From Myxococcota bacterium (GTDB lineage: Bacteria; Myxococcota_C; UBA6777): a DNA stretch of 64,000 nt. Shown one piece after another: positions 18,801-29,170 of this stretch (positions within the stretch are counted from its first letter, which is position 1; each line of letters starts with the position of its first letter). Both the position numbers and the translations under genes were made by a program. The notes below the pieces were generated by a model. That model did not search any database and was not told the origin of the DNA. It saw only the letters and a program-made list of their open reading frames with translations. The stretch covers positions 1-64,000 of the forward strand of contig JAKLKB010000008.1 in the NCBI GenBank assembly GCA_023150835.1. The letters are read 5' to 3'.

Positions 18801-20276
18801 ATGAGTTTGACCGTTTACAACAGCAAAACCCGCCAAAAGGAGCCTTTTGTCCCCCTCCAGCCCGGGAAGATCTTGATGTATGTCTGCGGGATCACGCCTT
18901 ACGATTACTCGCATATCGGTCATGCTCGATGCTACGTTGCTTTTGACGTGATCTACCGTTATCTCCGTTACGCGGGCTTTGAGGTCACTTATACCCGAAA
19001 CTACACCGATATCGACGACAAGATCATCAAACGCGCCCAAGAACGCGGCGTCGAAGCCGTCGATCTGGCCGCTGAATTCATCGAAGCCTACAAGGAAGAC
19101 ATGCAGGCCCTTCATGTCTTGCCTGCCAACCATGAACCCAAAGTCTCCGAAACCATCGCAGAGATCATTGAGATGGTCCAAACCATCCTCAAACGTGAGA
19201 TGGCTTATGTCGTCGATGGAGACGTCTACTTCCGCATTGATAGTATGCACGACTACGGCAAACTTTCGGGGCGAAACCTCGAAGAACTCCGCTCAGGCGC
19301 TCGTGTCGAAGTCGACACACGCAAAGAAAACCCCCTTGACTTCGCCCTTTGGAAGTCTGCCAAACCCGGCGAACCCGCGTGGGATTCTCCGTGGGGCAAA
19401 GGCCGACCCGGCTGGCATATCGAATGCTCCGCGATGAGCCAAAAATTTCTCGGAGATATCTTTGATATCCACGGCGGCGGAAAAGACTTGCTTTTCCCAC
19501 ACCACGAAAACGAGATCGCCCAATCCGAAGCCTGCACAGGTGGACACACACACGTCCGCTACTGGCTTCACAACGGTTTCGTCAACATCGACAACGAGAA
19601 GATGTCCAAATCTCTCGGCAACTTCTTCACGATCCGCGAAGTTCTTAAACTCTATCACCCTGAAACCTTGCGGCTTTTCTTGCTCAACACCCATTATCGC
19701 GGACCGATCAACTACTCTGACGTCAATCTCAACGAAGCCCGAAAACGTCTTGATTATTTCTATGAAACCATCCGCAATAGTCTCAAGATCCTGCAATCCT
19801 CTTGGGATGCCATCGAAAACAAAGCCATTGGCGATTTTGATCAGCACTTTTCTCCCGACCATCCGCTTCGACAGCGCTTTATCGAGGCGCTTGACGACGA
19901 CTTCAACGCTCCGAAAGCTATGGGAGAGATGAGCGACCTGTTTAGCCAACTGAATGCCCTCGCCAACCGTTCCCTTGGTTTGCCCGAAGAAACCAACGAT
20001 CGCTTGTTGCGAGATGGGTTGCGCTATGTCAAAGAATTCTCCCATGTTTTTGGCGTCTGGCTCGAAGATCCCGATGCTTATCTTTCCATGCCCCAAGGAC
20101 AAACCGCTGAACAAGCCCTAACACCCGAAAAGATCGAAGCATTGCTTGTGGAGAGAAAACAAGCCCGCGCTGATCGAAACTTCCAACGAGCCGATGATAT
20201 CCGCAAGCTGCTTGCGGAAAACAACATCGAGATCAAAGACGCTCCCGATGGAACGACTTGGAAGTACGCCAGCTAG
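18801..20276 (+). CDS. cysS: Cysteine--tRNA ligase
   Basis: MYVCGITPYDYSHIGHAR, GRPGWHIECSAM, DIHGGGKDLLFPHHENE, KMSKS. Confidence 0.99.
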   Translation: MSLTVYNSKTRQKEPFVPLQPGKILMYVCGITPYDYSHIGHARCYVAFDVIYRYLRYAGFEVTYTRNYTDIDDKIIKRAQERGVEAVDLAAEFIEAYKEDMQALHVLPANHEPKVSETIAEIIEMVQTILKREMAYVVDGDVYFRIDSMHDYGKLSGRNLEELRSGARVEVDTRKENPLDFALWKSAKPGEPAWDSPWGKGRPGWHIECSAMSQKFLGDIFDIHGGGKDLLFPHHENEIAQSEACTGGHTHVRYWLHNGFVNIDNEKMSKSLGNFFTIREVLKLYHPETLRLFLLNTHYRGPINYSDVNLNEARKRLDYFYETIRNSLKILQSSWDAIENKAIGDFDQHFSPDHPLRQRFIEALDDDFNAPKAMGEMSDLFSQLNALANRSLGLPEETNDRLLRDGLRYVKEFSHVFGVWLEDPDAYLSMPQGQTAEQALTPEKIEALLVERKQARADRNFQRADDIRKLLAENNIEIKDAPDGTTWKYAS

Positions 20277-20285
20277 TTATCAAGA

Positions 20286-20356
20286 CGCTGATCTCTTTGC
20301 CAATACGGGGTCAAGGGGGCCGTGACCCCTTGTGGGGCGTGGCGTCACACCCCACA
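20286..20356. repeat. REP-like element, family C (double hairpin)
   Basis: ACGCTGATCTCTTTGCCAATACGGGGTCAAGGGG...CCCCTTGTGGGG...CACCCCACA; related copies near 28717 (reverse), 31510, 49505 and 56862. Confidence 0.85.
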
Positions 20357-20393
20357 AGATAAACCGAGATGTGTCATACGAAATCCGCTCATG

Positions 20394-20500
20394 GTGTGAT
20401 CGGAAGATGTAGGGGCAGCCCCCTGTGGCTGCCCAAGAACAGAACTACTGTAACAACTCGTGCCGACGTTTCGAACACACATCTCTCGGATTATCGTGTA
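20394..20500. repeat. MITE/REP element, family B
   Basis: Termini TCATACGAAATCCG ... CGGATTATCGTG enclose the hairpin GTAGGGGCAGCCCCCTGTGGCTGCCC. Confidence 0.85.
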
Positions 20501-20530
20501 AGTCCTCTCCTATTAAAAGCAGGAAAAGTC

Positions 20531-22564
20531 ATGGAAAAGCGTTCGTTGGCGCACTCCTCTGGATCTCTCGAAGGTGTCACTCTCGGCAAGTACCGTATCG
20601 AGCAGCGTGTTGGAGGAGGTGGGCAGGCGGTTGTGTACAAGGCCCTGCATCTCGAATTTCAAACCCCCGTTGCCATCAAGGTTTTGACGGATCGCGTCTC
20701 GCAAAGCGCGACTTTGCGCGAGCGCTTTAAGCGCGAGGCTCGGCTCCAATTCAAGCTCCAACATCCTCATATCGTCCGAGCCTTCGAGATCATCGAAGAG
20801 GACTCTCTTCTTGCGATCGTCATGGATTGGGTCGAAGGGGTAGATCTGGAGCGTTATCTTGCGACGCATCCACAGCCGCTTTCTCACGCAGAGATCGAGC
20901 GCTTGTTTGTGCCGGTCCTTTGGGCCGTAGACGAAGCCCACAAACAACACATCATCCACCGTGATCTCAAACCCTCGAATATCTTGTTGAGTGGTCCTGT
21001 GGGCCGCGAGATCCCCAAAGTGATGGACTTTGGGATCGCCAAAAGTCTCGAAGACGACAGCCAACACACCCAAACCAACGCGCTGCTCGGAACTCCCCAT
21101 TACATCGCCCCCGAACACGCAGCATCGAGCAAATACGTCGATCACCGCGTCGATATCTACGCCTTGGGTGTCACGTTGTACCAGATGCTTTGTGGGAGTT
21201 TGCCATTTGCTGGAAAAGATCTTGTGCAACTGATCACCGCGCACCTGACGCAAGATCCACCTCCGATGCGGTCGTGGGGTGCAGAAGTCTCCCCTCTTTT
21301 AGAACAAGTCGCTCGAAAAGCCCTCGAAAAGCGCCCCGAGGCGCGCTTTCAAAACTGCCATGACTTCGCAGAAGCCCTTGTCGCGGCCCTCCACAACGAC
21401 GAGGCCACCGCTCTCAGACACCTTCGCGGTACGCAGTCGATATCTTCTCCCCAAGTCTCCGCACAAGATGTCCTTCCTACAGGCGAAATGGACGCTTATG
21501 CGCATTCTCCAAACAGCCTTGTTTCGCTTGCTACCACCACCCCTGCCAAAGAGCCGTTGCCTTCCAAACAGCCCGATACATCGAGGTATGCCTCTTCTTC
21601 CAAACAGGCCGATATATCGGGGCATGCCTTTTCTTCCAAACAGGCCGATATACCGAGGCACGCCTCTTCTTCCAAACAGGCCGATATACCGAGGCGCACC
21701 TCTTCGCGTTTTGTGGCTGCTGGCCTGTTGGTTTTGCTCGCGGTGGCTGTGGTGATCGGGGTTGTTGAGATGCGTGTCGTCTCGAACTCTCGCTCCGAGC
21801 GGAGCAATCCCCCCGCTCCGACCCAACGTACAAACCAACCCCCCTCTCTCGTCCCCGCTGAAACATCCATCGCATCGGCGAAAAAGCCACCCTCCGAAAT
21901 GCCCATCGCATCGGCGAAAAAGCCACCCTCTGAAGCGCCCATCGCATCGACCTCGACGCCCGCAATTGAAAGGCCGAATGTACCGCCTATTTCAAAAGCA
22001 ACCACCGATAGCGCAACTGCTGCCGGAGTCTCGGGGAAAAACGCAACGCCTCTAGCGAAGGCCCCCGTCGTTGTGCGGCACCCGTCTGTTCGTAAACCGC
22101 CCTACAAGCCGAATCCGTACTTGTTGTTGCCCCCTGTTGAGGAAAAACATTTTTCATCCTGCCCAGATTGTTTGCATGCGTTTTGGCTGGCGCGTCGGTC
22201 TTTTCGCAAAGACGCCTGCAAAGAAAGGCCGCTTAAAGTCGCGGCACGACGGTGTGTTCGGCTGTGTAAACAGGACATGGATTTTTGTACGTCCTACGCG
22301 ATGAGCTTGCCTTACCTTTATCCTTCTGCGCTGCGGCGCGGTGGTTCCGAGACGATGGACGATCAGATCGACCGCTGTGCGCATAACCTTCTGCATAAGT
22401 TCAACGAGATATTATTGCAAAGCGGCTACCATTCGGGGGTTTCGTTGGCGCCTGAGCGTTGTGTGACGCGTTTTCGTAACCATATCCGAAGGCGTCTGGC
22501 CTCGCGAGGGCAAAAAAGCCGGTTTGCTTGGTCGCCGTTTGATCATTATCCCTACCTTCCCTAG
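20531..22564 (+). CDS. Membrane Ser/Thr protein kinase (Hanks type) with C-terminal Cys-rich domain
   Basis: GGGGQAVVY, VAIK, HRDLKPSN, DFG, YIAPE; TM helix; 8 Cys in the C-terminal domain. Confidence 0.95.
   Translation: MEKRSLAHSSGSLEGVTLGKYRIEQRVGGGGQAVVYKALHLEFQTPVAIKVLTDRVSQSATLRERFKREARLQFKLQHPHIVRAFEIIEEDSLLAIVMDWVEGVDLERYLATHPQPLSHAEIERLFVPVLWAVDEAHKQHIIHRDLKPSNILLSGPVGREIPKVMDFGIAKSLEDDSQHTQTNALLGTPHYIAPEHAASSKYVDHRVDIYALGVTLYQMLCGSLPFAGKDLVQLITAHLTQDPPPMRSWGAEVSPLLEQVARKALEKRPEARFQNCHDFAEALVAALHNDEATALRHLRGTQSISSPQVSAQDVLPTGEMDAYAHSPNSLVSLATTTPAKEPLPSKQPDTSRYASSSKQADISGHAFSSKQADIPRHASSSKQADIPRRTSSRFVAAGLLVLLAVAVVIGVVEMRVVSNSRSERSNPPAPTQRTNQPPSLVPAETSIASAKKPPSEMPIASAKKPPSEAPIASTSTPAIERPNVPPISKATTDSATAAGVSGKNATPLAKAPVVVRHPSVRKPPYKPNPYLLLPPVEEKHFSSCPDCLHAFWLARRSFRKDACKERPLKVAARRCVRLCKQDMDFCTSYAMSLPYLYPSALRRGGSETMDDQIDRCAHNLLHKFNEILLQSGYHSGVSLAPERCVTRFRNHIRRRLASRGQKSRFAWSPFDHYPYLP
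21562..21706. repeat. 36-bp coding tandem repeat, 4 copies (SSKQADIPRHAS)
   Basis: Visible in the juxtamembrane linker; a 33-bp repeat (IASAKKPPSE) follows near 21865-21950. Confidence 0.9.
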
Positions 22565-22759
22565 TGCGTCGTGGCAGAAACGGCTCACCGCCTTGTGCTT
22601 TGCACAAAAGAACATCCTTCGCTCTAGCGCAAGTGCTTGGCAAGGCCCATGCTTTTTGGCATCCTGTGAACGATCGTTTGAGGCTGCACGTCCAACTCCG
22701 TTGCACCAAACGAATTCTGTATCTGGCGCGCTCACATCCAACGACAACGAGGCACAAAG

Positions 22760-24934
22760 ATGGGTTTCGCGGACAAGCTACAAGGCAAAACGCTCGGTAA
22801 ATACCGCATTGATGGCCTGATCGGAGATGGCGGTCAAGCCGTCGTGTACAAGGCTTGGCACGTCGACTTTGAGTCGTGGGTGGCGCTGAAGTTTCTTCAA
22901 GAACACGTCGCACAAAAGAGCGCGTTGCGCGAGCGCTTCAAACGCGAAGCGCGGCTTCAATTCAAATTACAACATCCCCATATCGTCCGCGTGATCGAGA
23001 TTATCGAAGAAGGTGAGCTGATGGGGATGGCGATGGATTGGGTCGAGGGGTGCGATCTGGAGCATTACCTCGAAAACAAAGGAACCCCCCTCAATGCCGA
23101 CGAACTTGCGCGATTGTTTTTGCCCGTCCTTGGGGCCGTTGGATACGCCCACAAACAACAAGTGATCCACCGCGATCTCAAACCCTCGAACATCTTGCTC
23201 GGTGGCCCTGTTGGGCAAGAGATCCCCAAAGTGATGGACTTTGGGATCGCCAAAAGCCTCGAAGATGAAAGCCAACACACCAAAACCAATTCCGTCCTTG
23301 GAACGCCTCATTACATCGCCCCCGAACAAGCCACCTCCAGCAAGTACGTCGATCACCGCGTCGATATCTACGCTCTCGGTATCTCGCTGTACCAGATGCT
23401 TACAGGGCATCTCCCGTTTGAAGGGCGTGATCTTCTTCAAGTTTTGGGGGCGCACTTGATGATCCCGCCGCCTGCTTTTGCAGAGTGGGGGGTGCATACT
23501 TCTCCCGGGCTGGAGGCTGTCGTGCAGCGCTCTCTTGCCAAAGATCCCGACCTACGCTTCCAAACCTGCGAAGAATTTGCGGTGGCCTTGATCGAACAGC
23601 TTCAGATGTATGCCATTCACCAAGGCTTGGCGACACCTCTCCCTCATTCGGCTGTTTTTGCTGCCCAAGGAGCCTTGTCGCCTGCCCCGTTGTCCTTGGC
23701 TTCTGCGCCGCTGTCTTTTTCTTCGACACCGCTGTCTTCGCCCAACGCTGCCGCGTGGAATACTCCTGCACCCTCGACAGCCTCCCTTCCTACAGGACAA
23801 TTCGCATTCATCCAAGCTGTTGCCGCTGGCGGACCAAGAACTCCTCCTTCCTCGGTCCATCAAAACCCGACGATCTTTCCTTCTGAAGGGCGAAAGCGCT
23901 CGTCTGCTCCGTTGCTGCTTCTGTTGCTTTTGGTGTTGTTTGCAGGGAGCGGTGGGTTGTATCTTGCGGAGCTCCTTCCTTTTCGTTCGCCTGCATCGTC
24001 TTCTTCGGGCACGGCTCCACAAACGCCTCACCCCCAACATTCGCCCCCCGCAAATCAGCTCTCTCCACATCCCGCTCTGGCCGTCAAAAACGCTGCGCTG
24101 AGTGCAACCCCCCCGCAAGATCGCAGCTTTGACCACTCCATCACCACACAAACTCCCTCGGCCCGTTCCACGCGATCCAGCGCAACGACTCCACGCAGTC
24201 GCTCGTCGTCTGCTTCGCCCGATCCATCGGCCCGTGCGCGTGCAAAGCGGTCTTCTCTTCGAAAGGTTCGACCCGCACGAAGCCGACGCGCTCCACCCCA
24301 TCCGCCCCAACGGCTCTCTCTGCCCATTTCTCCTCGTACCATACCGCAGCTCCCAAACGATGCGCCCGCAAAACGACCTGCTTTGCTTGCGCTATCGCCT
24401 ACGCCCTCGCCTTCACCGCGCCCGATCTTCGCCTCTTGCCAAGACTGCATCCAACAGCAAGTCCAACCCCACATCCAACGGCATAATTTTTATGAAAAAA
24501 CTTGCAACGCGGATATCCTTCAACTGAGTGCCAAACAGTGCGCCTCGGTTTGTCAGAAAGATCCTGCGCAGTTTTGTTTCCAATATGGCCGCCACAACGC
24601 CAACTTACATTTCCGCTACAATCCGCCTGCTTCGCTCTTTGTGGTGTGGCCTTGGTGGAACCAGAACCGATGGAAGATCCAAGCCTGCCGAAAGATCTTA
24701 CGTTTTGAATACGTTCATTTCTTTCCAATCCCCCTCTATCAGACCCGTGACTGGAAATCCTGCATCCGTCATTTCGATCAAGGAACCAAATCTGCGTTCC
24801 AAGCATGGCGCCAAACCAAGCTACCCAAATTCCCCCGATCCCCTCAAGATATCTCTCGTGGTTGGGATGATTTCCGCCGACGAGTCCAACGCCACAAACA
24901 ACGAATCGAAGACGCTTTGCCCTTCAAAGATTAA
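22760..24934 (+). CDS. Membrane Ser/Thr protein kinase, tandem paralog of the upstream kinase
   Basis: GDGGQAVVY, HRDLKPSN, DFG, YIAPE; TM helix; same 8-Cys C-terminal pattern. Confidence 0.95.
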   Translation: MGFADKLQGKTLGKYRIDGLIGDGGQAVVYKAWHVDFESWVALKFLQEHVAQKSALRERFKREARLQFKLQHPHIVRVIEIIEEGELMGMAMDWVEGCDLEHYLENKGTPLNADELARLFLPVLGAVGYAHKQQVIHRDLKPSNILLGGPVGQEIPKVMDFGIAKSLEDESQHTKTNSVLGTPHYIAPEQATSSKYVDHRVDIYALGISLYQMLTGHLPFEGRDLLQVLGAHLMIPPPAFAEWGVHTSPGLEAVVQRSLAKDPDLRFQTCEEFAVALIEQLQMYAIHQGLATPLPHSAVFAAQGALSPAPLSLASAPLSFSSTPLSSPNAAAWNTPAPSTASLPTGQFAFIQAVAAGGPRTPPSSVHQNPTIFPSEGRKRSSAPLLLLLLLVLFAGSGGLYLAELLPFRSPASSSSGTAPQTPHPQHSPPANQLSPHPALAVKNAALSATPPQDRSFDHSITTQTPSARSTRSSATTPRSRSSSASPDPSARARAKRSSLRKVRPARSRRAPPHPPQRLSLPISPRTIPQLPNDAPAKRPALLALSPTPSPSPRPIFASCQDCIQQQVQPHIQRHNFYEKTCNADILQLSAKQCASVCQKDPAQFCFQYGRHNANLHFRYNPPASLFVVWPWWNQNRWKIQACRKILRFEYVHFFPIPLYQTRDWKSCIRHFDQGTKSAFQAWRQTKLPKFPRSPQDISRGWDDFRRRVQRHKQRIEDALPFKD

Positions 24935-24937
24935 TTC

Positions 24938-25672
24938 TTAGCGAAGAGATCTTCCGCTGCGTGACCAACGGATATCCCAATATGTCGCAGGATCACGCGA
25001 CCACAAGACGCGAACAGCGCGTGCGCGGAGGTTTTGGAGCGGGACCGAACCAAAAACACGGCTATCTGCGCTGTGATCGCGGTTATCACCCATCGCGAAA
25101 AAATGACCTTGGGGGATCGTTCGGGTTGGCATATCCCGAAGAAAAGGCTGGCTTGGGTCAAACTGCACGACATAACGGTGCTTTCCATTGGACTCAATGC
25201 GTTGGAGCCAACCGTCTTTTTGGAGCGCGGCGCTTTGTGGCAAAGGGGCACCGTTGCGCAAGATTACACCGTCTCGGATCGCCAAACGATCGCCTCCAAC
25301 GGCGATCACTCGCTTGAGCAAGAGTGTTTGTGGATCGCGTGGGTCCACAAACACAACGATATCCCCGTACGAAGGCGCAGATTGCGAAGAGAGTAGCCGA
25401 TCGGTAAAAGGAATCCGCAGGCCGTAGCTGTGTTGATAAGCCATCAAACGGTCGCCCGTGTAGACGCTCGGCTCCATCGAACCCGAAGGGACGTAGTAGG
25501 TCGCGGCGATCGAAGAACGCATCGCCAACGCCACCAGCAAAAAAACACCCAAGCTCAAGGCTTCTTTTAAAAAAGCTCGACATGACGAGAGGACGGGGGT
25601 ATTGGATGGGTTCGTTTGGGTCGTCATTTTTTTTGCTCCATCGTTTCGGGTAATACGCAGTTTTTCGGCCAA
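24938..25672 (-). CDS. lepB: Signal peptidase I
   Basis: VPSGSMEP (Ser), LLKRVIAVGGD (Lys), MGDNRDHSADSR; the start could be about 15 codons later. Confidence 0.95.
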   Translation of the reverse strand: MAEKLRITRNDGAKKMTTQTNPSNTPVLSSCRAFLKEALSLGVFLLVALAMRSSIAATYYVPSGSMEPSVYTGDRLMAYQHSYGLRIPFTDRLLSSQSAPSYGDIVVFVDPRDPQTLLLKRVIAVGGDRLAIRDGVILRNGAPLPQSAALQKDGWLQRIESNGKHRYVVQFDPSQPFLRDMPTRTIPQGHFFAMGDNRDHSADSRVFGSVPLQNLRARAVRVLWSRDPATYWDIRWSRSGRSLR

Positions 25673-25681
25673 CTACGCCAC

Positions 25682-25800
25682 TCATACGATATCCGGGTGA
25701 TGTGTACACAAAGCATCATTCGTAGACGCCCTATAATCGGGCAGACACAGGGGTCTGCTCCTACATTTTTACGATCACACAACGAGCGGATTTCGTATCA
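25682..25800. repeat. MITE/REP element, family B
   Basis: TCATACGATATCCG ... GGGCAGACACAGGGGTCTGCTCCTAC ... CGGATTTCGTATCA. Confidence 0.85.
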
Positions 25801-25918
25801 TCCCCAAACAAACGGTGCGCTTTTTGGGTTTATTCCTGTCGTGCTGAATAACAGCGAAGAGCGTGCGTCCAAACCGCCCGAAGCTCGCGAGCCTTCTCAC
25901 AAAAAAAGGAGTTTTCTG

Positions 25919-26686
25919 ATGTTGTTACGAAATGGTTTTGCAAAGGCCGCTTTCTGGGTGGCGGTGGCTGTGGGGATCTTTGCTTGGGCGCAAGACGCTC
26001 AAGCCGATGTTCGTGATATCACGATGCAAGTTCATCTGCGCTATCTCAACGGTGCCTCGAAAAACTTTGCGTGGCGTCTGCGTTATTACCCCGCAACGGG
26101 CTTGTGCATCGGTCGAGTGGAAGACCGCGATGGTGTCGCCAACTTTGATGGCTCGTATAATCCCGTCACACGGCGATTTCGCCTCGTCAAGCATTATCCG
26201 TATCGCACCACAGGCCGCAAGCGTTATTACTACACAGGCACGCGCATTGGAAAACGCCGTGTATCGGGCGTTGCGCGGTTTGATTCTCATCTGGGTCGAC
26301 CTTATGCACGTTGGACGGCTACAGTATTGTTTTCGCGCTCGGTGTATCGCCCTGTATTCCGCAATATTCGACTGCGCGGCTTTTTGAGTTATCTCAACGC
26401 AAGCGAACCCAACAAAGCCTTCAAGTGGTCGCTGCGCTACGACAGCGGCTCGGGCATCTGTAACGGTACGGTGCGCGATCGCGACGGCTTCGCGACCTTC
26501 AATGGTACATACGACCACGCTTCCCAACGCTTTTATCTGGTGAAGCACTTCGTCGGTCGTGCCACGCAGCCAAACAAGTTCTACTACAAAGGGCGCATCA
26601 TCAATGGCCGCTTTGTTGGAACAGCGCACTTCGATTCCTTCTATGGGAGGATGTACGCGAGGTGGAGCGCCAACAAACGCTGGTGA
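25919..26686 (+). CDS. Secreted protein with two tandem ~105-aa beta-rich domains
   Basis: AGGAG RBS; signal peptide ending AQA; both halves share YLN, W-LRY, DRDG-A-F-G-Y, LVKH, FDS--GR-YARW-A. Confidence 0.85.
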   Translation: MLLRNGFAKAAFWVAVAVGIFAWAQDAQADVRDITMQVHLRYLNGASKNFAWRLRYYPATGLCIGRVEDRDGVANFDGSYNPVTRRFRLVKHYPYRTTGRKRYYYTGTRIGKRRVSGVARFDSHLGRPYARWTATVLFSRSVYRPVFRNIRLRGFLSYLNASEPNKAFKWSLRYDSGSGICNGTVRDRDGFATFNGTYDHASQRFYLVKHFVGRATQPNKFYYKGRIINGRFVGTAHFDSFYGRMYARWSANKRW

Positions 26687-26696
26687 GCGTAGAGCA

Positions 26697-28520
26697 TCAA
26701 GCGTCGGTGTTGGCCTTGGCTTCGAGTTCTTGCCAACGGGCATAGAGCTGATCGACTTGTTGTTGGGCGGTTTGCATCTCGGTGTAGCTTTGTTGAAGGG
26801 CGCGGGGATCGCGGGCGGTGATGGGGTCTTGGAGGCGGGCTTGACAGGCGGCGAGGTGTTCTTCGGCGGCAAAGATTTTTTCTTCGATCTGGGCGAATTC
26901 TTTCTGCTCCATGTACGTGAGGGTGTTTTTGCGTTTTTTGGCGGGTGGTGAGGCGATGGGAGCGGGGGAGGCGGGGAGTTGTTTGACGTTGCGTTTTTGT
27001 TCTTTGCGATGGCTTTCCCATTGAGAGAATCCTGCAAAAAAGCCGTTGCTTCCGTCTTCTTCGAGGCTTAACACGATGTCGGTCACGTTGTCGAGGATGT
27101 AGCGGTCATGGGTGATCAAGACGAGTGCTCCTTGAAAATCGAGGAGGCTTTCTTCGAGGAGTTCAAGGGTCGGGATATCGAGGTCGTTGGTGGGTTCGTC
27201 CATCAGGAGGATATCGGCGGGTTGGAGCATAAGGCGTGCGAGTTGGATGCGGGCTTGCTCGCCCCCCGAAAGCAGGCCGACTTTGAGGCCAAGTTGTTCA
27301 TCACGAAACAGAAAACGGCGGGCCCAGCTTACGATGTGCATCGGCTTGCCTTGGTAGATCACGCGATCGTTGTCGGCAGCGAGGGCTTCTTGGAGGGTTT
27401 GGTTGAGATCGAGTGAAGCGCGATCTTGTTCAAATCGCAAGATCTTGAGTTGATCAGCGCGCTGAATCGTCCCTGTATCGGGGGACATCTCATCTGCGAG
27501 GATCTTGATCAGCGTGGTTTTCCCCGAGCCATTGGTGCCGATCAAGCCGAGGCGCATCCCGGGGCGGAGTTTCAGGCTGAGATTTGAAAAAAGTGTCCGC
27601 CCGCCGAGAGATTTGCTGATGCCTTGGGCGACGAGGAGTTCTTTGGTTTTTCGGCCTGTGTCGTCAAGGGCGATCTGTGCGCTGCGCTGGCTGGCACTTT
27701 GGCGATCGCGAAGGCCGGACAGTTCTTGGATCAGGCGTTCTGCTTCTTGGATGCGGGCTTTGGCTTTGGTGGTACGGGCTTTGGGGCCGCGTTGGAGCCA
27801 TTCGGTTTCACGGCGAACTTTGCTTTGCAGCGATTGTTCTTGGCTTGCGAGGGCTTGGAGATATTCGTCGCGCAAGGTAAGAAAGCGCGAGTAGTTTCCG
27901 CTGCTTCGGAAGATCCCGCCTTCGTAAACGGCGTTTAGTTCCATCACGACGGTGGTTGCGCGTTCCAAGAAAAAGCGGTCATGGGTGACGACCAAGAAGG
28001 CGAATCCGCCTTGGCGCAAGAGGTCTTCAAGCCACAAGATGCCCTCGACGTCGAGGTGGTTGGTGGGTTCGTCAAGCAACAATAGGTCAGGTTCGGTGGC
28101 GAGGGCGCGGGCGATATCAAGACGCTTTTTCCAACCGCCCGACAGCAGCGTTGCGGGTTGCGTGGCATCGCGAAAACCTGCCCGACTCAACGCGATCTGC
28201 ACGTTGACTTGCTTTTGCAGATCATCCAACGGAGCGTCGCGTACAGCTTCGCGCAAGACATCTTCAACGCTCATCCCTTCGGAGAATCGGGAGACTTGGG
28301 GGACGTAGCTTAGGCGCGTATCGCGGCGCAACGAGCGATTCCCTGTGTCGGGTGTGTCCACTCCCGCGAGGATCTTGAGTAAGGTCGATTTGCCTGCGCC
28401 GTTCGGCCCGATCAGTCCGATGCGATCTCCTTCAAATATCCCCATCGACAAGCCTTGGAATAAAAAACGCCCTTGCATCGACTTGCTGATATCTTGGCAG
28501 CTTAGAAGCACTTCGGCCAT
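26697..28520 (-). CDS. uup: ABC-F family ATPase (Uup-like)
   Basis: Two ABC domains (GPNGAGKST, LSGG, DEPTNHLD; GTNGSGKTT, LSGGE, DEPTNDLD), linker RGPKARTTK, C-terminal coiled coil, no TM helix. Confidence 0.92.
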   Translation of the reverse strand: MAEVLLSCQDISKSMQGRFLFQGLSMGIFEGDRIGLIGPNGAGKSTLLKILAGVDTPDTGNRSLRRDTRLSYVPQVSRFSEGMSVEDVLREAVRDAPLDDLQKQVNVQIALSRAGFRDATQPATLLSGGWKKRLDIARALATEPDLLLLDEPTNHLDVEGILWLEDLLRQGGFAFLVVTHDRFFLERATTVVMELNAVYEGGIFRSSGNYSRFLTLRDEYLQALASQEQSLQSKVRRETEWLQRGPKARTTKAKARIQEAERLIQELSGLRDRQSASQRSAQIALDDTGRKTKELLVAQGISKSLGGRTLFSNLSLKLRPGMRLGLIGTNGSGKTTLIKILADEMSPDTGTIQRADQLKILRFEQDRASLDLNQTLQEALAADNDRVIYQGKPMHIVSWARRFLFRDEQLGLKVGLLSGGEQARIQLARLMLQPADILLMDEPTNDLDIPTLELLEESLLDFQGALVLITHDRYILDNVTDIVLSLEEDGSNGFFAGFSQWESHRKEQKRNVKQLPASPAPIASPPAKKRKNTLTYMEQKEFAQIEEKIFAAEEHLAACQARLQDPITARDPRALQQSYTEMQTAQQQVDQLYARWQELEAKANTDA

Positions 28521-28716
28521 CGCGGATCATCCTCATGTTTGCGTGCGTTCGATCATTCTCCCCAAGCGCTCTTGGGGCTGTGCGCGATCCTTCTAGCGCG
28601 TCGTGGGGTTCTTGGCAAACCCTCGACCCTCTGGACTCGGTACATCCGCGCTCTTCTCCCTGACAGAGAAAGGCCGCTTGATATCTCTCAGCAAAGCAGC
28701 AACTTGTGGGATGGTT

Positions 28717-28800
28717 TTTGGGGCGTTGCCCCACGCCCCACAAGGGACCGATGGCCCCTTGACCCCATATCGGCGGGACGAATAGAGGTTTTTCAAACCC
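28717..28800. repeat. REP-like element, family C (reverse orientation)
   Basis: TGGGGCGTTGCCCCACGCCCCACAAGGG...CCCCTTGACCCCATAT...GGTTTTTCAAACC. Confidence 0.8.
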
Positions 28801-28866
28801 ACAACGGCTCCGCTTGACAAGACGCAAATACGGCTTTTTTTTAGAATTGTGTTGCTTCGATCAGGA

Positions 28867-29087
28867 TAGGACTTACGCTGTTGGTAGCGCTCCCACCTAC
28901 GCATAAGCACGATCAAAAAAATCAAACGCTCGGATGCACCGCAGTTTTTTCTTCGTGCTTGTGCTTATTTTCATCGGGGAGCGCTATGAAAAGGGAAACC
29001 CTGAGATATCAGAACGTTGTAGGGGCGGTTCGCGAACCGCCCACGCCCGAACATGAGCCTTTTTCGTATCGAACTGCGTAAGTCCTA
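28867..29087. mobile_element. MITE-like element, family A
   Basis: Termini TAGGACTTACGC ... GCGTAAGTCCTA; internal hairpin GTAGGGGCGGTTCGCGAACCGCCC. Confidence 0.75.
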
Positions 29088-29170
29088 TATTGATGAAGAA
29101 GTTTTTTTGAGCAAAGGGACCGAAGGTGCAGATATCATACGGCCAAATCGAGCGGCGAAAGGCAGGCAGC

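Noticed and set aside
20369-20530. N-terminal ORF extensions through repeats (also 25616-25918, 55153-55446)
   Set aside because: They read through MITE or promoter DNA; downstream ATGs fit the domain starts better.
22150-22180. CPDCLH as a heme c binding site
   Set aside because: The spacing is CxxCxH rather than CxxCH, and the paralog lacks the His.
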